A stretch of DNA of 63,629 nt, the filler included, from Squatina squatina (lineage: Eukaryota), in the NCBI GenBank assembly GCA_031763465.1. It is 3 parts of 3 records of this genome, joined end to end, with 100 filler letters (N's around TTAATTAATTAA, not from the genome) between each part and the next. Parts side by side here need not be neighbours in the genome. Positions count along the whole stretch, not along the records: positions 24,841 to 48,138 come from JARFOE010000001.1; positions 48,239 to 63,629 come from JARFOE010000091.1; 1 more part is not named here. One strand, 5' to 3'. A model generated the notes under the pieces. That model searched no databases, was not told where the DNA came from, and was given only the letters and a program-made list of their open reading frames with translations. The first letter of the stretch is position 1, and every line of letters begins with the position of its first letter. Of this stretch, positions 38,219-51,180 are shown piece by piece. The position numbers were made by a program, and so were the translations under genes.

Positions 38219-38367
38219 TAGTTGTTGCATTGACATTTTCTTCCAGTTTGTAAAAAGCTTTCAGCTCCGTTACAAGCCAGGCACATAGCTTAGTATATTC
38301 TGTAGAGGCTGCCCCATCAACTGCTGCCAACTCCAGAGCATCATCTTCCAGTAGTGGACCCTTGTAT
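38219..38367 (-). CDS. FAM98A: FAM98A internal coding exon (equivalent to exon 2), 149 nt
   Basis: Minus strand reads ttttgcag|ATACAAGGGT...GCAACAACTA|gtaagt with canonical splice sites, phase 2 to phase 1. It translates (G)YKGPLLEDDALELAAVDGAASTEYTKLCAWLVTELKAFYKLEENVNATT(S), which matches the FAM98A N-terminus (GYKGPLLEDGAL...EFTKLCAWLVSELRVLCKLEENVQATNS) better than FAM98B. No other FAM98 exon was recognised in the window. Confidence 0.93.
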
Positions 38368-39671
38368 CTGCAAAATTAATTAGGTTCTGTAAACTTTCCA
38401 GAAAGTCTTTTAATCCATCTACTGTATATTCATTTATATACACAATATATTGAAGTACGGACTAAATAGTGGAGAAGAAAAATTGGATGATGATTATTGG
38501 CAGGCACACTAGACCTAAGCTCCACAACTTTTTCCTGTGCTTCCCTCTCACCTTTGTCTCAGTCTTCATCTCCTGCTGCTCCCTGACCTCAACCACTGAA
38601 TCACATTCTCCTTCCTCCTTGACTTATTCAACTATATCCATGATCTCTGGCTCCATCCATTGCTAAACACTGGTACCTGTCCATTCTAAACAGGCCCCCT
38701 GCCTCCCTCTGCTCTAAAGTGGGCATTCTTTGCTGTGCTCTGTGTGGCACAGTCACAAATACCAGGTGAGCTATCTCAATGTTTACCTGTAGTACCCCTT
38801 AGGAGTCAATGGGGTGGATGCTCATCTTCACCATTAATTGATAACTTAAATTGCTGTTGAAAGTCAAAGTTGAAAAATATGTGCATTTTAATTTCTAAAA
38901 AAAAATACAGCAATTGCTATTTTTACCATGAGATAGGATTTGAAACAAGTAGATTCTTCTAATTGCAAACTGCAGGCAGGGGACAACAAAAACATGGTAC
39001 CTAATCTGGACCTTAAATGGTTAAACCCAAGTCACATCGGATCACTTGAATCCAAACATCTTGTGGGCCGTCTCTTTTACGTCGGTGATAACAGATATGT
39101 TCTCTGCTTAGACTATGTGGGGCGATTTTCAGCAGCCCATTGAGGCGCTGAAGATCCTCCCAAGTGGCCAAAAATGGGGTCTTGAGCTGAAACGCTAGTT
39201 TAGCACAAGGCACCGTTTTGGTAAAGGTTTGAAGGCTGTGCTAGGGAATGACCACTTGGAGGCTCATTAATGGGCTGATTGCCATGCCTGCTAGCGCTCA
39301 TTAAGGAGGCTGCACAGTATTTTGGTGGCTGGCAGTTGACCGAACACCCTCTCCTAACAGTGAGCAGCGTTGATGTCGATTTCAAGTGCTACTTATAGGG
39401 ATACTCACCATTTCATGTTCATCGCTGCTGGAGCCGTGAAGAGGACTTTTGAAACACATCGGGAGACTTTCTGGGACACCTTACCAACACTCGAGCAACA
39501 TTTATTCTGGAAATTCTCTGAGGACTTCACTTAAAAAGAGTAAGCGCTGTTTTACTGTACTTTATTGGACANNNNNNNNNNNNNNNNNNNNNNNNNNNNN
39601 NNNNNNNNNNNNNNNNNNNNNNNNNNNNNNNNNNNNNNNNNNNNNNNNNNNNNNNNNNNNNNNNNNNNNNN

Positions 39672-39800
39672 AAGAAATAAAAGAGAGAAAGAACAGAGAA
39701 AGATTGAAGGAAAGAAGAAATTATAGGAATAAAGAAGGAAAAAAAAGAATGAAAGAAAGAAGGAATGAAGAAGCAATGAAAGAAAATGGAGTGGGATGAA
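39672..39800. repeat. Purine-rich (GAAA/GGAA-like) low-complexity tract
   Basis: Direct reading of the sequence. Confidence 0.85.
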
Positions 39801-42800
39801 GGGATGGAAATGGATGTGAAAAATGAATGTTCTAAACAATAGCACTGGAGGCAGTCAGTGCATTTTTTAGGACCTTACAAAATGCTGAGCAGCAGAGTGT
39901 CAATAGCCTTTTGTCTTAGGTCTACAGACAGAAGCGCTCTGTCAGCTTCACATCTTATCATTGTACAGTTTTCAAGAGGGATTACAGTGTTGGAAAACAT
40001 TGATGCTTACAATACAATGCTACCTCTTTAGACCTGGAAGACCAAAGGTCAATCAATGCTTCAGGCTGTCCTTTCCCAAATTAGCAGTTTGCCCTTTGTA
40101 AGTGTTTTAGCTTCCTGAATACATTTGGGGCTGTTTCATAAAAAAAATCAAAGTGAAAATCGCAAAAGAAGTTGAAAAGAAGTTAAAAGTAAATGTTGAG
40201 TAAGCCAAATTTAGGCTGCATGTGATAAATTGCTGTCTTCACAACCTGGGCAGTGATCTGTTTGGGGGGTTTTGCACAGCCTTATAGAACTCGCTTGGAA
40301 TTTAATGGAATGAAAGTCAGGCGGATTCTGATAAGGACATGCAATCCATCTCATCATACGATGAAGATTAAAATCTATCCCCATGTTTTTTGGTCATTTA
40401 ACTGTTCAGAGTAATAAGTGTTTTGGTTCAGGTTATCCCCTAACAGCTTTTCCATGGGGAAATGGCTTGAAGACAGCTTGCGAAAGCAGACCGCATATCT
40501 TACAAACTGAAATAGAAACATAGAAACATAGAAAATAGGTGCAGGAGTAGGCCATTAGGCCCTTCGAGCCTGCACCGCCATTCANNNNNNNNNNNNNNNN
40601 NNNNNNNNNNNNNNNNNNNNNNNNNNNNNNNNNNNNNNNNNNNNNNNNNNNNNNNNNNNNNNNNNNNNNNNNNNNNNNNNNNNNCCCGCCTCCCTGAGTA
40701 AGAGAACTAGGCCACAGGAGGACAGTAGCTTGGCACAAATTAAATGTGCAGAGGCTGCTGCAGGAAACCAGTCAGAGTCCAGGCAATTTCAAGAAGGTGT
40801 CTACATGCTATTTTCTAGGAAGACCTTTCACTTTGAGGGTCAGAGCAACAGTCAGTTCTGAATGTGGTGTGGCTGTGCAACACAGAGCAAGCATAAAATG
40901 AAATGACACTAGGACAAACTAGAAGCTTCACCCTATACGTAATTTGGCTCTTCTACACAGCATGAGTGCTGAAATGGATGCACAATGATTAACGATGAGT
41001 ACACTGAGAAGTTGAGTTGTAACATGGTGAGGAGACAGAAGGGTGGGGGAAGGGAGAAGGCATGTGAGCAGGTGCACTATTTTCTGAAGGGCTTTCTGTG
41101 CTATTTTACAGCAGGTTGGAATCCAGGTGTTTGCACTGCAATGAATGGTTATCACTGCTCCTAAAGTAGGGGAGTTGCGTGTGGTTTTCTTTTCTAATAC
41201 GCTATGCCTTGTGTGAAAGATGAGAACAGCACTCCTTGTCTGCTCTGATACTAGCAGAGCTCTGTTAAAACAGTTATTAAAGTAAATTGACTCAGTGCAG
41301 TAATGGCACATCAGGGTTGCCCCCAGAGACATGAATTATGGATGCTGGTGAGTCCAAGTGACACAGCAGTCAGCAGAGTTTGCTTCTGCTGTGATTGAAC
41401 AATGACATTTACAGAAAACAGACATCTGTAGACAAGGAAACACAACAGGGATCTTTTGGTTCAATGTGTTATAGTCTGTAACTCATCACTGAACCATTTT
41501 TACAGAAAAAATTAAGCATTTCACATAATAGTGTCAATTTGTGTTGCCAAATTTGTTTAACCCATTTATTTCTTATCTTTCTTACATCTTACAGCAGTTT
41601 TCCTTGAAGCTTCTGACAAATGTAGATCAGCTGCAGGTCAAGTTGTCGCCAATGTCATTGGCNNNNNNNNNNCTAACCGAAGAACTTGCCTTCTGGGAAC
41701 AACCTGTCAATTCCAAAAGGTTGCATGAAGATGTCTGTTCCTAATATCTTGTTTCTGTGGTTACCAGTGTGCATTTAACACACCACAAAAGAGATTGTGC
41801 AGGGACCATTGGCTTTGTCACAAATAAACCTTTTCATTAGGATGATTATTGCATGGCAGAGAAAGCTGCAGCAAGCACATTGTTGGGTGGCAGAAAAAGG
41901 CAGCAATCTGATGAGGTTTTTAATGACTTGTCTATTCAAGCATCAGGCTGTAAGAAGCGAGAGTTGATGGTTCAACTATCAAGGAGCAAAGGACTGTTTG
42001 AATATAAATGATAACCTTTTGATATGCAGATTTAAAAAGTCAATATTGTTTCAAAAAACCTTTGTCCTGCATTTTCCTTTTATTGTAATTTCCTTGTTCA
42101 CTGCTCACCACATTCTAATTTCCTATATTACGGATAATAAGATATGCAAAACTTCTTTGGCAAAGAGGTTGGCCAGTTTTAGCTGATCTTCATGACACAC
42201 CCTCATCCAGACGGCAAGAGGAAGGATGGGGACGTAATTGTCCCGTGCCCCATTTGAGGCAGTAACCTTTCGGGGGCAGGACTTTTATCGCCCAGCCTGG
42301 AAATCCCATCCCCAATGTGGAATTGGGCCTAGCTTTGGGGGCAGTGCTGGGTTGGTAGCGCGGCGCCGACTTCAGCGCTACGCAGGTGCTCCACGTGGCG
42401 CTGATGCACTACAAAGCCCTTCCATTAAAAGGGAGGGCCGCTGTATGGCCCTTTAGTGGCTGCCACTGGGCCACCAGGGACGGGTGAGACAGGGCTGCAT
42501 GATGGTGGCCCGTTTCACGTTCCGGCCACCATGGTCAGGCCGACCCAAGAGCCGGCCAAATNNNNNNNNNNNNNNNNNNNNNNNNNNNNNNNNNNNNNNN
42601 NNNNNNNNNNNNNNNNNNNNNNNNNNNNNNNNNNNNNNNNNNNNNNNNNNNNNNNNNNNNNATAAGCTTTATGTGCCTTAATTATATTTTATATAACAAT
42701 AAAATGTAATTGATTCTAAACTGGTTTGTTGAACAACTAAAATATAACATTAATAAATCCACACTAACTGCTGGTCCTCAGCCAGGATTAAGAGTTCAAA

Positions 42801-45800
42801 AGGCTTAAAAGACCAAACGCAAATACCTTAAACATGGCACACTCCATTACACAGACACCTGGTCATATGAAATGCCATATTGATGTGTTAAATTTAACCA
42901 TTAGGTAATGCTTTGAGTAGATGTACTTTTTAACATGGTCAAGGGATGCATAAAATCTCCTTTGTCAAATATGACAAACAAATTCCTTTCATTTTTTTTA
43001 CCCTGAACATATTGCTAAACTGCAGAAAATGTGGCCCTTCTGTCAGCAATTTGTGATCCGTAGGGATTGACACGGCAGCGTTTCATTTGCCCACAGTCCC
43101 ATGATTCAGCACATTAATGCAAAGCTACAAACCCGACCGTGAAATACTGGTTAGTTTGGGGAGGGGGAAGGGAAATTCCCAGCTTTACAGCCTCAGTGCT
43201 CATTATCCAAAACTGGCTCAATGCAGCGATGGCTTGAGGCTAGTATAATTGTAACAAAGTAAAATGAATAAAATGCAGTTATTTAAAACAGAGTAATGTG
43301 ATTTCATATAAAACATAATTCAGTTGCGATATAATATAACATTACTCCTTTGAATCAGATTTCTGTCATACAGATTCCCAGCGCTGTTGGAAATGTGTTA
43401 CCATTTTCATTAAAATGTACTGTGATAACCACCAGTCTGAAGCTTCTCTATTGCTTCCAGATAATTTATGTATGAGAGAACATGTAGACGAATAGGCCAT
43501 TTAAATTAAACTTTAATTACAGCAACACTTTAGCATCAGTTCAGAACTCATCAGACTGTAGCAATTCTTTGCTTTTCCCCACCTCCAATTACAGTCTCGT
43601 TCTATGTGTGTGTGAAATATTGTAAGTGTTCTCCCATCTCNNNNNNNNNNNNNNNNNNNNNNNNNNNNNNNNNNNNNNNNNNNNNNNNNNNNNNNNNNNN
43701 NNNNNNNNNNNNNNNNNNNNNNNNNNNNNNNNNNNNNNNNAATAATTCTCATTTGCTAATTAATGACTATTTTAATTATGTGTTTACTAAATCATGACTT
43801 TTTGGAGGGTAGGTTTGAAGTTACTCACTCCAGACATTTTACCCACAAATAGTGGCTCTGGTTATTACATCCGGACAGTTGCAGAAACTGTATAAAATTC
43901 ATTCATATAATAGAGAGAAAGAGACCAAGAGACAGAAAGATTAAATACACTTAAATAGAGACAGAGATAGGCCAAGAGATGGTGCATGTGTGTATCATTT
44001 CCTTTTATACATTTAATCTGAATTGTGATGCTTATTAAATCCCTGTTTTAAATACTAATGTTCCATATGTATAAATAAATAACCAGTTTAGCATACTTAA
44101 AGTGCATTATTATGGTGCATATAAACAAATATATTAAATATGGCTAAATCTCACAAATTAGCATTAAATCACTTTTTAATAATTGGATCCCAGCTGTCCA
44201 TAAAAATAATAGGATCACGATCTTGATAAATCAAACCTATGAAAAATGTGTGCATTCTAATTTCCACCTGCTGATTTGTAGTAATGCAACCCCCCCTCGA
44301 TTTCTCCTTTATGACACAAATGTAAATATTTTTCTGTGACCTCAAATTACCTCAGGTCACCAGTGCCATAGCAAGTTTCAGGACACCTGCAACATTGAGC
44401 ATAATGTACACAGGCAGTGAGTTCGGCTGAATGATGACTAAAAATCAAGACACCTTGAGGTACATGGAGGTTGGTACTGACAGCTTACTATTGTTGATGC
44501 TCTAAATGGACATTTCACAGGTTAGAACATAAGAAAAACACCAAACCTTAACTACTGCATTTTGCATCCTTCTTTGACATGGCTGTTCAAAAATAGACAA
44601 AATCATTTAATGAAAGTACTCCTGTCCATGAAAGAGAATAAAAGCCAACAAATCCCNNNNNNNNNNNNNNNNNNNNNNNNNNNNNNNNNNNNNNNNNNNN
44701 NNNNNNNNNNNNNNNNNNNNNNNNNNNNNNNNNNNNNNNNNNNNNNNNNNNNNNNNAATTCCTTACCTCAATGAGCACAAAACAAAGTAATCAAAAGACC
44801 ATTTAAAATAAAGACATCCCAGCAGGCCATGCTCTTTGTTGATAATTTATTTTCTTCTTCTGATTTTCTTCTTCCGATGTAAAACCTCTGTATGCTTCAA
44901 GCCCTGGGTAACCACAGCAAAGAGTTCCATAATTGGAACAGGATTAGGCAGATAGCACAATCATAGTTGGCTGAAGTAGTCAGACCTTCCCCCCACCCAT
45001 CCTTGAAAAATGATATAACGTTGCTTTCATCAGTAGTGGGGTGTGGGGGAATCTTTAATCTGTCAGTGTCCTCACAAAAAAAGACATTACATGGAGTTGA
45101 GTGCTCATATTTCACACTCTGCAATATGTATATAATCATCAACAACCCTGACAAAGTGAATGCCCACCCTAAATTATGCCTCTCAAAGTGCCTTCGGGGA
45201 TCATACATCTGAAAAAGAAGACCACGTGAAACACAGAACTAAATGCCTGCAGTGTCTTCAGAGCATAGCTCTGACATTAAGCAGACATCCTGAGATGAAC
45301 AAACTTGGCCCCTGCTGAACCCAGGAAGCTATGTAATAGCATCTGGACCTGGAGGAAAATATCACTTTCAAGCAGAAATGCAATAATGGACAGGCCATGT
45401 TTTACTTCATGTGGGAAGAAGGATACTGAAGAAAAAAAAACAAATTTCGAGATGCAGAAGGATGATTAAAAATAATTTACTGTATGCTTTCATATTTGAA
45501 GCCTAAGTAGATTAAACGGTATTAGAAATCAAGGAAATGGAACAAATATAAAATGATAAAGGTAAATCAGATTGTCACAAATAAAGATTAGGTGACTATT
45601 AATAGATAAAGTCACCGAGGTCAAGTCTATTCTAAACATCTTCAACTTAATTCCTACATTCTTCCAAGAAAGTTCCACAAGCACCTATCCATGGAAAATG
45701 CTNNNNNNNNNNNNNNNNNNNNNNNNNNNNNNNNNNNNNNNNNNNNNNNNNNNNNNNNNNNNNNNNNNNNNNNNNNNNNNNNNNNNNNNNNNNNNNNNNN

Positions 45801-47479
45801 NNTGAGGTGTAACCACCGTTGAAATGTAGGAAACACGGCAGCCAATTTGCACACAGCAATCTTTACACAAGAGTAGTTCAACTCTCCAGTTGGATATGGC
45901 ATTGACTGTACTCTGAAGTATCAAAGAATTGTCCAGCCACCCAAGGCCCTGCAGTAGTAGGTTTGGGTCCCAGTTAAGGTTGTTGTTTCTCTAATCCACT
46001 TTGTTTGTTCTCAGCGTTGCGATGAAGCAGAAAGGGGTTGGCACCTGGCCACTGCCTGAAGTCACAAAGAACATTCTTGTGACATTTTCAAATCAGAAAT
46101 TTGCACTCAACCAGAACCAGTCTTGCATTTCTCCTCTGTTACTAATGAATTGCTTATGAGCACGTAATTCCTCTGAAGTCATTTGTTCTTAACCCCTCTC
46201 AGTCGGGCACAGACCCTTGCCCATCTGGTGCCTTGTTGATGCCCGGAGCAATCATCAATTCCTCCTTTTTTAACCTTGAAGCTGTTCCTTTTACCAGCTG
46301 TGGGGTGTTCTCACCAGTGAGAAAAATCGCAGTAATTGCAACCCTGAGGTGTAGGTGGGCACAGATATTGGTGGCCACATCTTCACGGCAATATAATATG
46401 CAAAATGCTAAGTCCAGCTGCACAATTCTGTGACATGCAGGTTGGAGAGTATAAAATGCTCCAGTGTTATCCTGGAGGAGTACAAACACTTACGCACTGC
46501 AGTCTATTTATGAATATTCAATCCCTAGTTATCAATTGTAATTTGTAAGCAAGTCAGTCCAGATCTTTACACTGTGTTTCCCACAAGTCTGTGACTCTGA
46601 CCTAATCAGTCCTTGTGTTGTGATGCTATTGCCAGCATTCAGACTCCCACTGTCTGGTGTGGTGGCCTCAGATGGTGTGTGTGCAGTAGGGAGAAGTCAC
46701 GTAAATGCTGGTGAGTACTGCCATCATCCCCATCAATCATAGAGACAGAATGGAGTCAAGGGATGTTCTTCCTCAAACCAATATAACAGAACACTGACAC
46801 ATGAAGCAATTGGTTCCTCTCTATTATTGATCTCTTCATTGGAAATACAACAACTACTTCTATTTATATAGCACCATTAACATAGTAAAATGTCCCAAAG
46901 CTCTTCACAGGAGTATCATAAGACAAAATATTTGACACACGTCCAACTAATCAATTTTCACTGGTTAAATTGCCGAACTGACTAGCTCTGGAAGAACATC
47001 CATTGTTACTGTGTTCTTTTAAGTGAACTTAGGCACACTCTTTTGAAAAAAGAAGTGGCCCATTAATAAAAATAGAAATTTCGGAGGATGTTTGAACACC
47101 TTGAACACTGCCCCCCTCCTCCCTATGCCTACATTCTTGGCCTCTGAAAAGAAAATGAGATAAGCGTAAACATCCAACTGCTACATTTAGAAATGATTTG
47201 CTTATTAGATTGAGAAACAGAAATATATCTCTAAACCTAAGTATGTTATACCCTCTGGATAAATCCAGGATAACTAGTTTCCTTGGACTAAATACAATCG
47301 AAACTGCCTGCACCACCATTCAAAATGTTTATGGCCTCATAACAGGTAAATTTATCAAATTTATCTCTGGAAGTAATCTATTTTGCATTAATCCAACATC
47401 ATATGGAATTACTTAATGCTGCTACCTCTAGGACATGCTCACAGTGAACCACCTCTGCTGCGAAGGCAACAATGAAAAT

Positions 47480-47682
47480 AACAACAACAGCTTGCATTTA
47501 TATAGCACCTTTAACTTAGCAAAACGTCCCAAGGCATTTCACAGGAGCGTTATCAAACAAAAATTGACACCGAGCCACATAAGGAGATTTTAGGACAGAT
47601 GACCAAAAGCTTGGTCACGTAGGTAAGTATAAGGAGCGCCTTAAAGGAGGAGAGAGAGGTAGAGAGGCAGAGAGGTTTAGGC
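47480..47682 (-). mobile_element. L2 LINE 3' end
   Basis: Reverse complement of the 7570-7785 sequence, with an (AAC)n tail. Confidence 0.8.
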
Positions 47683-48182
47683 AATCAATAAATTGAGCTG
47701 AAATTACAGTGACAATGCCTGAGGTGGTGAAACAATACTGCTTTCTCTCCCTCCCCCTTCCTATAGCACCACTCTGCAACATCATTCACAATATAATGGG
47801 GGAAGGGATTTAAGGCGTTTGCACCACAGGCCAGCAGTTAAATCGCTGCCTGATAATTTTCTCAGCGGTGGCCCTATATTTCTGCAAAGACAATACATTG
47901 TGTCAATAATTTGATTTTCTTTTACTGTAAGACCAAAAGCTCCCTGTATTAATTATTTCTTGAGGTTTCCTCTGCTTCCGTGACTTGATGTCCTGACATG
48001 CCCTACAGCTGAATACAAATTTGCTCTTTTGCAAAAGAGCACCACTTGCTTTATTCTCCTCTGTACATCCCCAGCACATCTTGGTACCTATTTGGCCAAA
48101 GAACAAGTGCATTAATGTTCAGAGTTACACATTTGTGCNNNNNNNNNNNNNNNNNNNNNNNNNNNNNNNNNNNNNNNNNNNN

Positions 48183-48194
48183 TTAATTAATTAA
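48183..48194. other. Artificial scaffold linker TTAATTAATTAA
   Basis: Same 44N+12+44N construct as 24785-24796. Confidence 0.95.
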
Positions 48195-49289
48195 NNNNNN
48201 NNNNNNNNNNNNNNNNNNNNNNNNNNNNNNNNNNNNNNCCTCTTCCTCAGCACCCCTGCCAATTTGGTTCACCCAATCTATATGTAGATTGAAGTCACCC
48301 ATTATAACTGATATATATATATATATAACTGATATAACTATATATCTTTTTGTTCTTATGAATCTTTAATTATAGAGTTAAGCAACAAGCCTATTATGAG
48401 GCCACGAATGTAGCTGCAAGGCAGAAGCTTTAATGCTAATATCAGTAATCATATTTGGGCCTGTGGTATTTAACACTGCAAATGTCTCCAATCTCTACAA
48501 AATGAGGCTGGTATTTCAAGGACTTTATACATAAAGCAAAATAGTCACAAATGCAAATTATAGCTAAGACAGATCGACTGGACTGTTTTACGACTGCTGA
48601 TATGAATGATGGATGACCACTGTTACTGTTAAATACTCACACCACCTCTTAGTGTTTCTTTTCTTGTCTCTACTTAAATATTTGCAAAAATTCAGTGGAG
48701 ACTGAGAAAAACAACACCTTACTCACAATTAGACCCCAGAGAAACTGTAAACTCTCTTAGCACAATGCATGTTACACGATGTATGCCTTATGTTTAAGAC
48801 ACTATAGATTTTTTTTTTAAACTCCCTGATCGCCTTCGCTGGTTGAGTTGCTGAGGTATGCAAATCAGGCAGATCAAGTTTGATCCCAGGTCTGTGCAGT
48901 CAGCTGATTTAAACCATGGCAACAATTGGGGTGCTACAATTGGCCTCAGTGCTCTTGGAGAGGGAAGGCCAAAGACCACCCAGATTTATGCCCCGATTCA
49001 CTCCCTGCTGGAAGAGAACATGTGTCGGCTCGCTGCACATAGGATCCTTCTCGGACATGATAGTACTACAGTTGAACAATCCCAAAATTCACTGCAACAT
49101 TCTCAACAACTGTTATGCAAATCAGATTGGGATCTGCCAACTAACACAAAACTGTCAAAAACTCACCCATACTTTAGAAATAGAACCACTCCCAACTCCA
49201 GGATCCATTCTGAAACAGTTGCCTGAACTCACACAGAAACACATAGATTTTATTTTAAGAGTTGATCCATATCAAGTGCCTGCTACTTA

Positions 49290-49602
49290 CTAGATAGTGT
49301 AGATACAGAGAAACTATTTCCGCTGATTGGGGAGTCAAGAACGAGGGGACATAATCTTAAAATTAGAGCTAGGCCATTCAGGAGGGTAATCAGGAAACAC
49401 TTCTTCACACAAAGGGTAGTAGAAATCTAGAATTCTCTTCTTCACAAGGCTGGGGGTGCTGGAGGTCAATTGGTGCTTTCAGAACGGAGATCGATAGATT
49501 TTTGTATCAAGGGATATGGAGCAAAAGCGGTAAATAGAGTTAAGATACAGATGAACCAAGATCTGATTGAATGGTGAATGGCCTACTCCTGTTCCTATGT
49601 TA
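49290..49602 (+). mobile_element. CR1 LINE 3' end
   Basis: EKLFPLIGESRTRGHNLKIRARPFRRVIRKHFFTQRVVEI followed by the gaatggcctactcctgttcctatgtt tail. Confidence 0.88.
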
Positions 49603-50779
49603 CTCCTTTGTATTGGGGTGTCTAATCTGTGGCCTGAGGCCTTGTGAGCCCACAGTACTGCCAATTCAGGCCTTGAAGCCCAGCAAACTGGCCCCATTTT
49701 GCGCTTATATTTCTTACTCACTGGCGTGTGTCCTGTTCGAAATCTGTGGAGCCCGAAGGTTGGGGAACTTGATCGGGGCCCCAGTTCAGCTGCGCCGAAA
49801 CTGGCCGCAGCATTCAGGGCCCCATAGCACAAACTGCGCCGCTGGTGTGGCCATGGTGACTTAGTCACCGTTTCCGGTCAGCGTAAATTGGCAACGCTGA
49901 TCGCTGACCCAGGTGATTCGGCCAATGTCGTGTCACTGCTGGGTTGTGCCAGCAGTGTGGTGTCAGCTGTGCTGCCGGCGCAATTGTGCATGTGCAAGCT
50001 GCGCCCCCACCCTCTGCCTTAAAAGCAAGGGCCACAGGCTCGCGCTCCCGATTGGGATCCAGGGCCCACTGGACCACCAGGGACTGAGGAAATCAGGTAA
50101 GAAGGTGTCGNNNNNNNNNNNNNNNNNNNNNNNNNNNNNNNNNNNNNNNNNNNNNNNNNNNNNNNNNNNNNNNNNNNNNNNNNNNNNNNNNNNNNNNNNN
50201 NNNNNNNNNNCAGGGTTACGGGGAAAGGGCGAGGGACTGAGATTAGTGTAAAAAACTAGCCCAGATAGTCCAATTTTATGTTGTATTTTTTTGTTCTGCA
50301 TATTGGGGCCTTCGAAAAAGACAGTTAATGCTCGTGACCGAGAACTATTCAGAAATAACTGAATCCCAAAATGACCTTGCTTCCCAAATGAGACGTGAAG
50401 AGGTTGAGCGAGATAGGTGGTAAACACCACGGAGAGAAAGAAGTCACGGAGAGCCTAATTCTAACAGGGAATAGCGAAGCTGACAGCTGACCGCCACAGC
50501 GAATTTGAGAAAATCCAGCACATTGGCAAGGCTGTCGACTCAGGGTGAAAATGTGTGTGTAAGAAGATTAGGACTACTGCAATTTCAAAATCTCATTACT
50601 TCGAAAATTGAGCAAAAAGTGAAAAAGCATAATATCCTTGTTTAAATGGGTGAACAAATGCGTTCAANNNNNNNNNNAATGAAGCATGTCTACCACAATG
50701 TAAAGCAGTGCAACCCCAGCACAATCTAAAAACATGATAGAAATTCAGGTTTCACTCCTCAGTCTATCTTCACTGTTCT

Positions 50780-51180
50780 CTCACTTGTTCATTCGCTTGC
50801 TCTCTCTCTCTCTCTTTTGCTGACAGAAGGATTTTGTTCCCATCAGGATCCTGTGGAGACCGCAGCCAGAAGCAGTGGCTCTGCCGTCAGACTGCAGCAC
50901 ACTCCCGCACGAACTTGCCGGCCTCCGAGATGAGTTCCTCCAGGACCGGTTTGAAATCCGTGGATTACGAGATCTTCGGGGACGTGCAGGGTTGGTATAA
51001 CTCAGGACAAGACTCCTTTCCTGCAGATTCTTTTCAATTTTATATCATCTCCTTGCTCGGGCTGGACGAGGGGGAGGGTGGGGGTGTGTCTGCTGAAAAT
51101 AGCACAGCAAAACTGACTCGAGCTGCAAAAGCCAGCTGCCATCACAGGCAGCTAATGCCAAGGAGACGCCGGTAATCTAG
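50780..51180 (+). promoter_or_regulatory. CpG-enriched 5' region around the ACYP2 first coding exon; (CT)n tract and possible upstream acceptor
   Basis: CpGs are retained locally outside any recognisable repeat. A (CT)n/polypyrimidine run at ~50798-50820 is followed by AG dinucleotides (tgacag, ccatcag). Confidence 0.4.
50930..50990 (+). CDS. ACYP2: Acylphosphatase-2 first coding exon
   Basis: ATG at 50930 gives MSSSRTGLKSVDYEIFGDVQ-G, followed by donor G|gttggt at 50991. The LKSVDYE(I/V)FGxVQG motif is the acylphosphatase N-terminus. LKSVDY and a phase-1 intron inside the VQG glycine fit ACYP2 rather than ACYP1 (paralog call is from recalled gene structures). Later exons were not found. Confidence 0.88.

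Noticed and set aside
41595-41744. Possible plus-strand exon after a polypyrimidine tract (cttacag)
   Set aside because: Interrupted by a 10-N gap, with no recognisable peptide and no partner exons.
46199-46489. Minus-strand GINKAPDGQGSVPD resembling FAM98 AINKVLMGRVPDRGG
   Set aside because: The match needs indels, ends in a stop, has no supporting upstream similarity and lies on the wrong side of exon 2. Likely chance.
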